Assembly: GCA_017528315.1 (NCBI GenBank)
Contig: JAFXOW010000059.1
Span: forward strand, 91,382 to 155,381
Origin: Bacilli bacterium
GTDB lineage: Bacteria > Bacillota_I > Bacilli_A > RF39 > UBA660
DNA: 64,000 nucleotides
Direction of reading: 5' to 3'
Position 1 is the stretch's first letter; each line of letters starts with the position of its first letter. Of this stretch, positions 29,708 through 38,060 are shown piece after piece. Made by a program: the position numbers and the translations under genes. Under the pieces are notes generated by a model, which did not search any database, was not told where the DNA came from, and saw only the letters and a list, made by a program, of their open reading frames with translations.

Positions 29708-29771
29708 CTATTTTTTTGTTCTATTTAATTAATTCAGACATAACATTTAATGAATAGAAAGGTAAGTGTTT

Positions 29772-31247
29772 ATGGATAAGTATGAAATAATTAAAAATAT
29801 TTCTTTAAGATCAGGTGGAGATATATATTTAGGAGTAGTGGGAGCAGTTAGAACTGGTAAAAGTACATTTATAAAGAAAATGGTTGAAACCTTGATTGTT
29901 CCAAATATTCAAGATGAGTATGAGAAAAAAAGGTGTTTAGATGAGATACCTCAAAGTGCTGCTGGAAAGAATGTTATGACAACTGAACCTAAGTTTGTTC
30001 CAAATACAGCTATTTCTATTAATATTGATGATTTTTCTTGTAAGATTCGTTTGATTGATTGTGTTGGTTATATGATTGAAAATGCTAAAGGTGTAGAAGA
30101 TGAGAATGGTCCAAGAATGGTTAAAACTCCATGGTATGATGAAATGATACCATTTAAGGAAGCTGCGGAAGTAGGAACTGAAAAAGTTATTAAGGAACAT
30201 TCAACGATTGGAATAGTAGTTACAACGGATGGTTCAATAGGTGATTTTGAAAGAGATGATTATATTGCTGCTGAAGAAAGGGTAATTACTGAGTTAAAAG
30301 AATTAAATAAGCCATTTATTGTTTTACTTAATTCAACTCATCCAACATTACCAGATACAATAAGAATTGCTAATGATTTAAAAGATAAATATAATATTCC
30401 AGTTATTCCAATTAGTATTGAAACAATGACAGAACGAGAAATGTATGATTTATTAAGAGAAGCCTTATATGAATTTCCAATTTTAGAAGTTAAAGTAAAA
30501 TTACCAGATTGGATAGCTATCTTAAATCCAAGTCATCCTATAAAAAAACTTTATATTGATAAAATAAAAGAAAGTGTTGTTGAAATTGATAAGTTACGTG
30601 ATGTCGAGAAAATTACGGATGGTTTTAAAGAAGTACCAGAAATAGAAAAAGCTTATTTATCAAATGTTGATACCGGAAGTGGTGAAGTTTTAGTAACCCT
30701 TGAAGCACCAGATATTTTATATGAAAAAGTATTACATGAAATAATTGATATTGATGTTTCAAATAAAAAAGAATTACTAAAATTATTTCAAGAATATAGT
30801 ATAGCTAAGAATGAATATGATCAAATCAAATATGCTTTAAAAATGGTTAAACAAACAGGATATGGGGTTGCTACACCAAGTATTAAAGATATGAAATTAA
30901 CTACTCCAGAGATTACGAAGCAAGGAACTCGTTTTGGAGTAAAATTAAAAGCTACAGCTCCTTCAATTCATATGATTAGAGTAGATGTAACATCAACATT
31001 TGAACCAATTATTGGTTCCGAAATACAATCTCGTGAACTTATAAATCATCTAATGAAAGATTATGAAAGTGATCCAGAAAATATATGGAAAAGTGAAATA
31101 TTTGGAAGAAGTTTAGATTCTATTGTTCAAGAAGGAATTCAATCTAAAATAAATATGATGCCAGATAATATTAGATTTAAACTAGCTACTACTTTAACTA
31201 AAATAGTAAACAGAGGAAGTAATAACTTAATTGCTATAGTTTTATAG
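29772..31247 (+). CDS. spoIVA: Stage IV sporulation protein A (spore coat morphogenetic ATPase)
   Basis: MDKYEIIKNISLRSGGDIYLGVVGAVRTGKSTFIKK (Walker A). The length (about 490 aa) and the C-terminal ...NNLIAIVL are characteristic of SpoIVA. Confidence 0.93.
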   Translation: MDKYEIIKNISLRSGGDIYLGVVGAVRTGKSTFIKKMVETLIVPNIQDEYEKKRCLDEIPQSAAGKNVMTTEPKFVPNTAISINIDDFSCKIRLIDCVGYMIENAKGVEDENGPRMVKTPWYDEMIPFKEAAEVGTEKVIKEHSTIGIVVTTDGSIGDFERDDYIAAEERVITELKELNKPFIVLLNSTHPTLPDTIRIANDLKDKYNIPVIPISIETMTEREMYDLLREALYEFPILEVKVKLPDWIAILNPSHPIKKLYIDKIKESVVEIDKLRDVEKITDGFKEVPEIEKAYLSNVDTGSGEVLVTLEAPDILYEKVLHEIIDIDVSNKKELLKLFQEYSIAKNEYDQIKYALKMVKQTGYGVATPSIKDMKLTTPEITKQGTRFGVKLKATAPSIHMIRVDVTSTFEPIIGSEIQSRELINHLMKDYESDPENIWKSEIFGRSLDSIVQEGIQSKINMMPDNIRFKLATTLTKIVNRGSNNLIAIVL

Positions 31248-31252
31248 CAATT
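31229..31252 (+). repeat. Palindromic hairpin copy 1 (AATTGCTATA-N4-TATAGCAATT) spanning the spoIVA stop codon
   Basis: The 10-nt arms are identical to those of the hairpin at 31733-31755. Confidence 0.7.
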
Positions 31253-31258
31253 ATTTTC

Positions 31259-31287
31259 TTGACATCATTTTTTAGTAATTATATAAT
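31259..31287 (+). promoter_or_regulatory. SigmaA-type promoter
   Basis: TTGACA (31259-31264), 17-nt spacer, TATAAT (31282-31287), about 45 nt upstream of ORF 31331. Confidence 0.55.
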
Positions 31288-31330
31288 ATAAGTAAGAATG
31301 ATAAAGCTAGAATAAAGAAATGAGGTATAT

Positions 31331-31717
31331 ATGAATAATAATTATAAAGAATTAAATCAACAAAATATTAATAATATGAAAAGAATTAATCAAAAAATTG
31401 CTCAATTAGATGATATTATTAGAAGATTAGCAAATTATAAAAGACAAGGTAAATTAGCTCCTAATAAAGTACAAGAATATGAACAAAATATTTCTTATAT
31501 TATTAGTGAATTAAAAAATATTTTTCAAAAAAGTAAATTTATCTCTTTAAATATTGATTTATCAAATAAGTTTATGGATTTATTGATGCTTTGGGATAGT
31601 TATAAAAAAGGATTAGAAATAAAATCTCGAGAAGAAGAAGAGATGGAAGCTAATAATTTATTAAACAATATCATGGCTCAGCATAATAATGAAACTTATG
31701 GAACTGGACGTAAATAA
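31331..31717 (+). CDS. Hypothetical coiled-coil protein (128 aa)
   Basis: ORF with SD GAGGT. The sequence is rich in heptad-like K/E/Q/N. No motif recognised. Confidence 0.45.
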   Translation: MNNNYKELNQQNINNMKRINQKIAQLDDIIRRLANYKRQGKLAPNKVQEYEQNISYIISELKNIFQKSKFISLNIDLSNKFMDLLMLWDSYKKGLEIKSREEEEMEANNLLNNIMAQHNNETYGTGRK

Positions 31718-31732
31718 AATATTTAATAATTA

Positions 31733-31760
31733 AATTGCTATATTATATAGCAATTTTTTT
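31733..31760 (+). terminator. Intrinsic terminator; palindromic hairpin copy 2 (AATTGCTATA-N3-TATAGCAATT plus T-run)
   Basis: 11-bp stem 31732-31742 / 31746-31756 followed by T-run 31757-31760. The arms are identical to copy 1. Confidence 0.7.
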
Positions 31761-31817
31761 GATATAAATACTAGATTTTATGTAATAAATTTGATAGAAT
31801 AAATAAAGGTGATTGGC

Positions 31818-32540
31818 ATGGAACGTGTTCAAAAAGTAATAAGTAATTTAGGATATGCATCAAGAAGAGAAGCTGAAAAATTAATATTAGAAGGTAAAAT
31901 ATTAATTAATGATAACGTGGCAAAGCTTGGTGATAAGGTTGGAAATCAAGATATAATAAAAATAAATGGCGAAATTTTAGATAAAACTATGTCTAATGAT
32001 AAAGTATATTTTTTACTTAATAAACCTAGAGAAACAGTTTCAACTGTAAAAGATCCAGAAGGAAGAAAAACTATTGTATCTCTAATTAATACTGATAAAA
32101 GAATTTATCCCGTAGGAAGACTTGATTATGATACAACTGGTGCTATTATTTTAACTAATGATGGAGAATTAACTAATTTACTTATGCATCCTAAAAATAA
32201 TATTGAAAAAGTATATCTTGCTAAAATAAAAGGAAAAATTGGGGGAGATGCTATCTATAATCTTAAAAAGGGAGTTATAATTGACGATAAGAAAACAAGT
32301 CCAGCTCGAGTAAAGATAAGAGAATATAATAAAAAGAATAATACTTCTTTAGTAGAAATAATTATTCATGAAGGACGTAATCATCAAGTTAAGAAGATGT
32401 TTCAAAGTGTTGGATATGATTGTTTAAAATTATCAAGAATTAGATTTGCATTTTTAGATATCCAAAATTTAAATTCGGGAGAATATCGTACTTTAACCAT
32501 TAAAGAAGTTAAAAAATTATATAGTTTAGGTGATAAATAA
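31818..32540 (+). CDS. rluB: 23S rRNA pseudouridine synthase, RsuA/RluB family
   Basis: N-terminal S4 domain (RVQKVISNLGYASRREAEKLI), catalytic GRLDYDTTGAIILTNDG, and HEGRNHQVKKMF. Confidence 0.85.
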   Translation: MERVQKVISNLGYASRREAEKLILEGKILINDNVAKLGDKVGNQDIIKINGEILDKTMSNDKVYFLLNKPRETVSTVKDPEGRKTIVSLINTDKRIYPVGRLDYDTTGAIILTNDGELTNLLMHPKNNIEKVYLAKIKGKIGGDAIYNLKKGVIIDDKKTSPARVKIREYNKKNNTSLVEIIIHEGRNHQVKKMFQSVGYDCLKLSRIRFAFLDIQNLNSGEYRTLTIKEVKKLYSLGDK

Positions 32541-33412
32541 TGATTCTAAATATCTATATTTTATTTTGGATTTATTCTATACTTGGATGGTGTGTTGAAA
32601 CTTTTCGGGTTAGTTTAAAAAATAAAAAAATTATAAATAGAGGCTTTTTCTTAGGACCATATTGTCCTATTTATGGAACAGGTGGTATTGCTCTTTTAAG
32701 TTTAAAAGATTATCAAAGTGATCCTATTGTTGCCTTTATTTTAGCTATTTTTATTTGTAGTGTAATTGAATATCTAGTAAGTTATTTTATGGAACTTATT
32801 TATAAAGTTAGATGGTGGGATTATTCAAATAGACTATTTAATATAAATGGTAGAATTTGCCTTTTTAATTCTTTTTGCTTTGGAATATTTGGACTTCTTA
32901 CTGTATGTTATTTAAATCCTTATTTCATAAATTTAATTAATAATTTAAATAATAATTTTAAATTAATTATAGCAATTATAATATTAATAATTACAACTAT
33001 TGATATGACTATTACTTTTAGTGCTATGTTTGATTTTAGAAAATATGTTACTAGTCTTAAAGATAAAACTTTAGCCAGTATTTTTAAACCTAGTACTGAT
33101 TCAACTGAAGAGATTAGTAAAAGAGTTAGAAATAGTTTAAAAGAAAAATCATTTATTCATAAGCACTTATTAAAAGCATTTGCTAACTTAAAAGTATATC
33201 GTGATACTTTCTTTAAAAAAGGAGAAGAATTAATTAAGTATCGAAGAGGGAAATATATTGAAAATAGTTTGGTATTAGGAACAATTATAAGTATTATAAT
33301 AGCATTAATTTTAGGTATATTATTTAATAATATTAGTTTATGGATAATTATTTCTTTTGTTGTTAATTTAGTAATTGTTAAAATGATAAGTAGAGGCCGA
33401 AATGACAAATAG
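32540..33412 (+). CDS. Polytopic membrane protein, putative ABC-transporter type IV (CmpB-like) family
   Basis: The N-terminal pattern FWIYSILGWCVETF...GPYCPIYGTGG is typical of this family. A C-terminal extension adds two more TM helices. Confidence 0.55.
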   Translation: MILNIYILFWIYSILGWCVETFRVSLKNKKIINRGFFLGPYCPIYGTGGIALLSLKDYQSDPIVAFILAIFICSVIEYLVSYFMELIYKVRWWDYSNRLFNINGRICLFNSFCFGIFGLLTVCYLNPYFINLINNLNNNFKLIIAIIILIITTIDMTITFSAMFDFRKYVTSLKDKTLASIFKPSTDSTEEISKRVRNSLKEKSFIHKHLLKAFANLKVYRDTFFKKGEELIKYRRGKYIENSLVLGTIISIIIALILGILFNNISLWIIISFVVNLVIVKMISRGRNDK

Positions 33413-33626
33413 TTTTATAAAACAAGTAAAATCTAATATTTATTTATCAGATGATGATATAAAAATTCTTGAAAGATATGATATAGATTATAGAGAATTT
33501 ACTAACATGAAAGAATTAATGTTTTATATAGAAGATTATATAAATAATATGGAATACTATGAAGATTTAGAAGATTTATTAATTAAATTTTCTGAATATA
33601 ATTATTATTTTAAAACTAATAAATAA
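33402..33626 (+). CDS. Hypothetical small acidic protein (74 aa)
   Basis: ORF only, overlapping the previous gene by 11 nt. Confidence 0.35.
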   Translation: MTNSFIKQVKSNIYLSDDDIKILERYDIDYREFTNMKELMFYIEDYINNMEYYEDLEDLLIKFSEYNYYFKTNK

Positions 33627-33710
33627 TATGTATCTTATAGACTTGACAACTTTTAAGTATTACTTTAAAATATTAATATAAAGTTAGAAGGAAGAAAGGA
33701 AGTTATGTTT

Positions 33711-34049
33711 ATGTACAAAGATGAATTTAATCTTACTAGTGATGCGATATTAGAAAAAAATTTTAAGATAGATACAAGAGGATACCGTTTAAAGGAAGTT
33801 GATCAATTTCTTGATTTAGTAATTGCTGATTATGAACATTTTTATACAATTATTCGTAATTTAGAAAAAGAAAAAGAAGATAATTTAGAAACAATTATTA
33901 ATTTAAAACAAGAAATAAGGAATTTAAAAACTAATGTTGAAATAGTTAAAGCAACTCCTACAAATAATAACGGAGGAACTAATTTAGATGTATTAAAAAG
34001 ATTATCTCGTCTTGAAAAAGTTGTTTATGGTGAAGATGATGATGAATAA
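33711..34049 (+). CDS. gpsB: Cell-cycle protein GpsB (DivIVA-domain)
   Basis: ILEKNFKIDTRGYRLKEVDQFLDLVIADYE is the DivIVA/GpsB N-domain. The short coiled-coil tail and the conserved position directly upstream of rnpB, as in Bacillus, support the call. Confidence 0.8.
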   Translation: MYKDEFNLTSDAILEKNFKIDTRGYRLKEVDQFLDLVIADYEHFYTIIRNLEKEKEDNLETIINLKQEIRNLKTNVEIVKATPTNNNGGTNLDVLKRLSRLEKVVYGEDDDE

Positions 34050-34051
34050 AT

Positions 34052-34406
34052 AAAATACTTGGGCAAACGCTATATTCAAGTAATATAGAGGAAAGTCCAT
34101 GCTCACACAGTCTGAAATTGATTGTAGTGTTCGTGTTAAGGGAAAAAATAACCTTAAGTAGCTTTAAGCTAACGGCTATGAAATAACCTAAGGTATTCTA
34201 TGGTTAGAGTAATTATAAAAGTGCTATAGTGATGAAGAATCTGGAAACGGAGGAAGTGGAACATAGTAAACCCCACGAGTGAGAAACCCAAATTTTGGTA
34301 GGGGAGCCCCGGAAGTGGAATCAAACACAACCTGGGATTGTAGAAATACAATAGATAAATGTTTGCCACCTTTTTAAGGTACAGAACATGGCTTATAAAG
34401 TATTTT
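34052..34406 (+). ncRNA. rnpB: RNase P RNA, bacterial type B
   Basis: Universally conserved GAGGAAAGTCCATGCTC (P4 5' strand) near the 5' end and ACAGAACATGGCTTA near the 3' end. The P1 helix pairs AAAATACTT (34052-34060) with AAGTATTTT (34398-34406). Local G+C is clearly above the surroundings. Confidence 0.9.
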
Positions 34407-34428
34407 ATTATAGAAAATGGTGATAAGA

Positions 34429-34920
34429 ATGAAAGAAATTGGAGAATATTTAAAAACTGAACGCAAGAAAAATGGCGTTAGTATTAGTGAAGCAAGTGAT
34501 GATTTAAATATTAATGAAACATTACTAAAAGCAATAGAAGATGGGAATTCTAAAGCCTTTAAAGATATTTTTGAACTTAAAGAAATGGTTAGAAATTATT
34601 CTAAATATTTAGGACTTGATGTTGAATCAATGCTTGATGAATTTAATGATTATATCTTTGAAAAAACTTCTAAAATATCACTTGAAGATATTAAAAATGC
34701 TAGTAATAATCATGGAAAACTTGAAGAAACTACTGTTAAAGTATCTTCTCCTTATACTAAAATAAAACATACTAGATATGATGTTGCACCTATTGTTTTA
34801 TTAGTTGCGATTTTATTATTTATATCTTTAATTGTTTATTTAGCACTTAAAATTATTAAAAATGAACCAGTTATAAGTGAAGAATTACAAGGAAAGGAAG
34901 TAGTTTATGAGAACATCTAA
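34429..34920 (+). CDS. rodZ: RodZ-like cytoskeletal protein (HTH, TM, short C-terminus)
   Basis: N-terminal Xre-type HTH (IGEYLKTERKKNGVSISEASDDLNINETLLKAIEDGN) and one TM helix near the C-terminus. It sits upstream of a pgsA-like gene, as ymfM-pgsA does in Bacillus. Confidence 0.65.
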   Translation: MKEIGEYLKTERKKNGVSISEASDDLNINETLLKAIEDGNSKAFKDIFELKEMVRNYSKYLGLDVESMLDEFNDYIFEKTSKISLEDIKNASNNHGKLEETTVKVSSPYTKIKHTRYDVAPIVLLVAILLFISLIVYLALKIIKNEPVISEELQGKEVVYENI

Positions 34921-35476
34921 TAAGATTTCTATAATTAGAATTGTTTTGACTTTTATTATTATACTTAGTTGTACTTTTCCGTTTTATAGTTTAGGAATAA
35001 ATGCTCCTAAATTAAATATTGGAGGAGTAATTGTAGAATCACTTTATTTATTATCGGGAGTAATATTTATTCTTACTATAGTTTTAGACTTATTAGGAAG
35101 TGGCTCCAGGGCAGAAAGTGAAAAAGAAAAAAATTTAGATATGTTAGCTGATAAATTTTTAATAAATTCCGTTTTAATAATTTTTGCAGTTCGTGGATTT
35201 ATACCAGTTTTAGTACCAATTATTTATATAATTCGTGATGAGATAGTATACGTCTTAAAAATAGATGCAGCTAGACGTGGTAAAATTTTAAATAAAATAA
35301 CAGCTAGTCGTGTTAAAACATTTGCAATGTTATTTGGTCTTTGTTTAATGTTCTTTTATAACTTACCATTTGAACTAATAAATATAAAAATGGCTGACTT
35401 CTTAATTTATTTTGGAACCATCATGGCAATTGTTTCTGGAATAGAATATTATAATTTATGGAGAAAAGTTAAATAA
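34907..35476 (+). CDS. CDP-alcohol phosphatidyltransferase-family protein in the pgsA position, catalytic motif degenerate
   Basis: Overall PgsA-like pattern (NKISIIRI..., LADKFL, IIYIIRDE, NLPFEL, VSGIEYY). The D-x2-D-G-x2-A-R-x8-G segment reads DLLGSGSR-AESEKEKN and is shorter. Confidence 0.55.
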   Translation: MRTSNKISIIRIVLTFIIILSCTFPFYSLGINAPKLNIGGVIVESLYLLSGVIFILTIVLDLLGSGSRAESEKEKNLDMLADKFLINSVLIIFAVRGFIPVLVPIIYIIRDEIVYVLKIDAARRGKILNKITASRVKTFAMLFGLCLMFFYNLPFELINIKMADFLIYFGTIMAIVSGIEYYNLWRKVK

Positions 35477-35552
35477 AATAGTAAATTTTAAAGAATAAAC
35501 TTGAATAATTTTAAAACATATAGTATATTATTTTTAGGGAGTGATATTTTAA

Positions 35553-35762
35553 ATGTTACACGATATATTAATGGTTGTAATTGGATTAATTATAGGAGGA
35601 GTAATTGGCTTCTTTGTATCCAAAAAACTTATGACCAAATATTTAAAGAAAAATCCACCAATAAATGAAGATATGATTCGAACACTTATGAGTGGAATGG
35701 GTAGAACACCTACTCAAAAACAAGTTAATCAAATGATGAAGCAAATGCAAAAATATATGTAA
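35553..35762 (+). CDS. yneF: UPF0154 family small membrane protein YneF
   Basis: An N-terminal TM helix followed by [34 protein letters not shown], the characteristic YneF sequence. Confidence 0.8.
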   Translation: MLHDILMVVIGLIIGGVIGFFVSKKLMTKYLKKNPPINEDMIRTLMSGMGRTPTQKQVNQMMKQMQKYM

Positions 35763-35794
35763 ATCGTAAAAGAGACAATAATAGTAATTTTATT

Positions 35795-35945
35795 TTAAGA
35801 GAGTAATTGGATGGTGAAAAATTACAATAAAACCTATTTATCTACTCTTTAGAGAACCCAATCAGTTTCGGAAATATCCGTTATCAAAAAAAGTGAAAAA
35901 AAGAATGGTACAGTCATAAGACGTCTTTAGTTGCCGTTCTTTTTA
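35795..35945 (+). promoter_or_regulatory. T-box riboswitch leader, serine (UCU) specifier
   Basis: The stem I base AAGAG (35797-35801) pairs with CTCTT (35845-35849). The distal hairpin GTAATT/AATTAC has a GGATGGTGAAAA loop. The specifier TCT (35841-35843) is followed by the conserved purine A. A T-box-like AATGGTACAG holds UGGU at 35906-35909. The terminator AAAGAATGGTA (35900-35910) / TGCCGTTCTTT (35932-35942), with two G-U pairs, is followed by TTT. serS lies downstream. Confidence 0.7.
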
Positions 35946-35961
35946 ATTTAAAGGAGAATAT

Positions 35962-36465
35962 ATGTTAAAAAGTTATTTTGAAGAAGAAGAATATAATAGA
36001 TTAAAGGAAAGTGATGATTTATTATATAAAACATTAGAATTGGTATTAATGTTATTTGATGATAAAGTTGACAAAGGAGGACTTCCGTATTTTAATCATT
36101 TATTAAAAGTTTATTCCAAAGTCTCGGATTATGATGAAAAGATAATTGCTTTACTTCATGATGTTGTAGAAGATACAAATGTTACATTTGATGATCTAAA
36201 AGAATTTGGTTATAATGATGAGATAATAAAGTCATTAACATATCTTACTAAGAAAAAAGGTGAATATTATCCCGATTATATTGATAGAATAATTAATAGT
36301 GGTGATATTAAAGCCTTGAATGTAAAATTATCAGATTTAAAACATAATATGGATATAACAAGAATTAAAAATCCAACTGTTAATGATTATGAAAGAATAA
36401 GCAAAAGATATGAACCTGCTTATATAAAAATAAAAAATAAAATAGATGAAATAGAGGAGAGATAA
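35962..36465 (+). CDS. HD-domain protein resembling the RelA/SpoT (p)ppGpp hydrolase domain (small alarmone hydrolase-like)
   Basis: FNHLLKV...LLHDVVEDT (HD motif), then KLSDLKHNMD. A 167-aa single-domain protein. Confidence 0.65.
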   Translation: MLKSYFEEEEYNRLKESDDLLYKTLELVLMLFDDKVDKGGLPYFNHLLKVYSKVSDYDEKIIALLHDVVEDTNVTFDDLKEFGYNDEIIKSLTYLTKKKGEYYPDYIDRIINSGDIKALNVKLSDLKHNMDITRIKNPTVNDYERISKRYEPAYIKIKNKIDEIEER

Positions 36466-36466
36466 A

Positions 36467-37744
36467 ATGATAGATATTAAATTTTTAAGAGAAAATCCTG
36501 AAAGGGTAAAGGAAAATATAAAGAAAAAGTTTCAAGATGAAAAATTAGAACTTGTTGATAAGGTTATTGAACTTAATAAAAAATCGAGAGAATTAAAAGT
36601 AAATGGAGACAACCTAAGGAGTGAAAGAAAAAAAATAAGCGATGAAATAGGACAACTATTTAAAGAGAAAAAAGTTGAGGAAGCAAATCTTGCTAAAGAA
36701 AAAGTAACTGATATAAATAAACAACTTGAGGCAATGGAAACTGAAGAAGAAGAATTAAACAAAGAAATTAGGAAGACAATGTTAACCATTCCGAATATAA
36801 TTGATGATAGTGTTCCAATTGGACGAGATGATTCTGAAAATGTTGAATTAGAGCGTTTTGGTGAGCCAATAGTACCTAATTATGAAATACCATATCATGC
36901 AGATATTTTAGAGCATTTTAATGGAATTGATAAAGATGCTAGTGGTCGTACCAGTGGAAATGGCTTTTATTTCTTAATGGGTGATATGGCAAGAATTCAT
37001 AGTGCTATGCTATCATATGCAAGGGACTTTATGATTAATAAAGGATTTACTTATTGCATTCCACCTTTTATGATAAGAGGTGACGTTGTAAATGGGGTTA
37101 TGAGTTTTGCTGAAATGGAAAATATGATGTATAAAATAGAAGGAGAAGATTTATATTTAATTGGTACTTCAGAGCATTCTATGATTGGAAGATTTAAAGA
37201 TCAAATTGTTAAAGAGGAAAGTTTACCAATTACCTTAACAAGTTATTCACCATGTTTTAGAAAAGAAGTAGGAGCTCATGGTATTGAAGAAAGAGGAGTA
37301 TATCGTGTTCATCAATTTGAAAAGCAAGAAATGGTAGTATTATGTAAGCCAGAAGATTCAATGAAATGGTATAAAAAAATGTATGAATTTACAGTTGAAT
37401 TTTTTAGAAGTCTTGATATTCCCGTTAGAACGCTTGAATGTTGTTCAGGAGATTTAGCAGATTTAAAAGTTAAATCATGTGATGTTGAAGCTTGGAGTCC
37501 AAGGCAACAAAAATATTTTGAAGTTGGATCATGTTCGACTTTAGGAGATGCTCAAGCAAGACGTCTCGGAATACGTACAAAGGGTGAAAACGGAACTTAT
37601 TTTGTTCATACATTGAATAATACAGTTCTTGCAACACCTCGCGCTTTAATTGCTTTTCTAGAAAATAATTATCAGGAGGATGGTAGTATTAAAATACCAG
37701 TTGCTTTAAGACCATATATAGGTGGCATTGAAGTAATTAAATAA
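36467..37744 (+). CDS. serS: Seryl-tRNA synthetase
   Basis: N-terminal coiled-coil arm and class II motifs (YLIGTSEHSMIG, FRKEVGAHG...GVYRVHQFEKQE, GSCSTLGDAQARR). Length 425 aa. Confidence 0.95.
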   Translation: MIDIKFLRENPERVKENIKKKFQDEKLELVDKVIELNKKSRELKVNGDNLRSERKKISDEIGQLFKEKKVEEANLAKEKVTDINKQLEAMETEEEELNKEIRKTMLTIPNIIDDSVPIGRDDSENVELERFGEPIVPNYEIPYHADILEHFNGIDKDASGRTSGNGFYFLMGDMARIHSAMLSYARDFMINKGFTYCIPPFMIRGDVVNGVMSFAEMENMMYKIEGEDLYLIGTSEHSMIGRFKDQIVKEESLPITLTSYSPCFRKEVGAHGIEERGVYRVHQFEKQEMVVLCKPEDSMKWYKKMYEFTVEFFRSLDIPVRTLECCSGDLADLKVKSCDVEAWSPRQQKYFEVGSCSTLGDAQARRLGIRTKGENGTYFVHTLNNTVLATPRALIAFLENNYQEDGSIKIPVALRPYIGGIEVIK

Positions 37745-37761
37745 ATATAATAATTTAATAT

Positions 37762-37806
37762 AAAACAAGAAATTAATTTATAAAAAATTTTTTCTTGTTT
37801 TTTCTT
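37762..37806 (+). terminator. Intrinsic terminator of serS
   Basis: AAAACAAGAAA (37762-37772) / TTTCTTGTTTT (37791-37801) stem followed by a T-rich tail. Confidence 0.55.
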
Positions 37807-38060
37807 TTAAATTTTAAAACAAGTAAGAAAAACAGAAAATTATAAAAATATGAAGAATATAATTCAGATTATGATAGAAAACTATGATTATTTTGGAAGA
37901 GAAGAATTTTCTTATGAAGTAGGATTCATGGAAAAGAAGTTACATATATTAGAAGATGATATGATAACAAAGTTTCATTTATCACTTGATAAATTGAAAA
38001 AATAGATTATACTAGTATCAGAAATAATAAATACTAATAAAGAATAAAGTTAAAAAAGCT

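Noticed and set aside
29700-29765. Possible sigmaE-type promoter (CATAACAT as a -10-like element) upstream of spoIVA
   Set aside because: Only a partial match to the CATACA-T consensus was found, and no convincing -35 at the proper spacing. The evidence is too weak to annotate.
34169-34369. 66-aa minus-strand ORF in the ORF track
   Set aside because: It lies entirely inside the RNase P RNA gene (34052-34406), antisense to it. It has no SD, and its composition reflects the RNA gene.
37850-38005. 51-codon ORF (MKNIIQIMIENYDYFGREEF...) in the serS / oxidoreductase intergenic region
   Set aside because: There is no recognisable SD or promoter, and it is too short to judge. It may be real, but I cannot support it.
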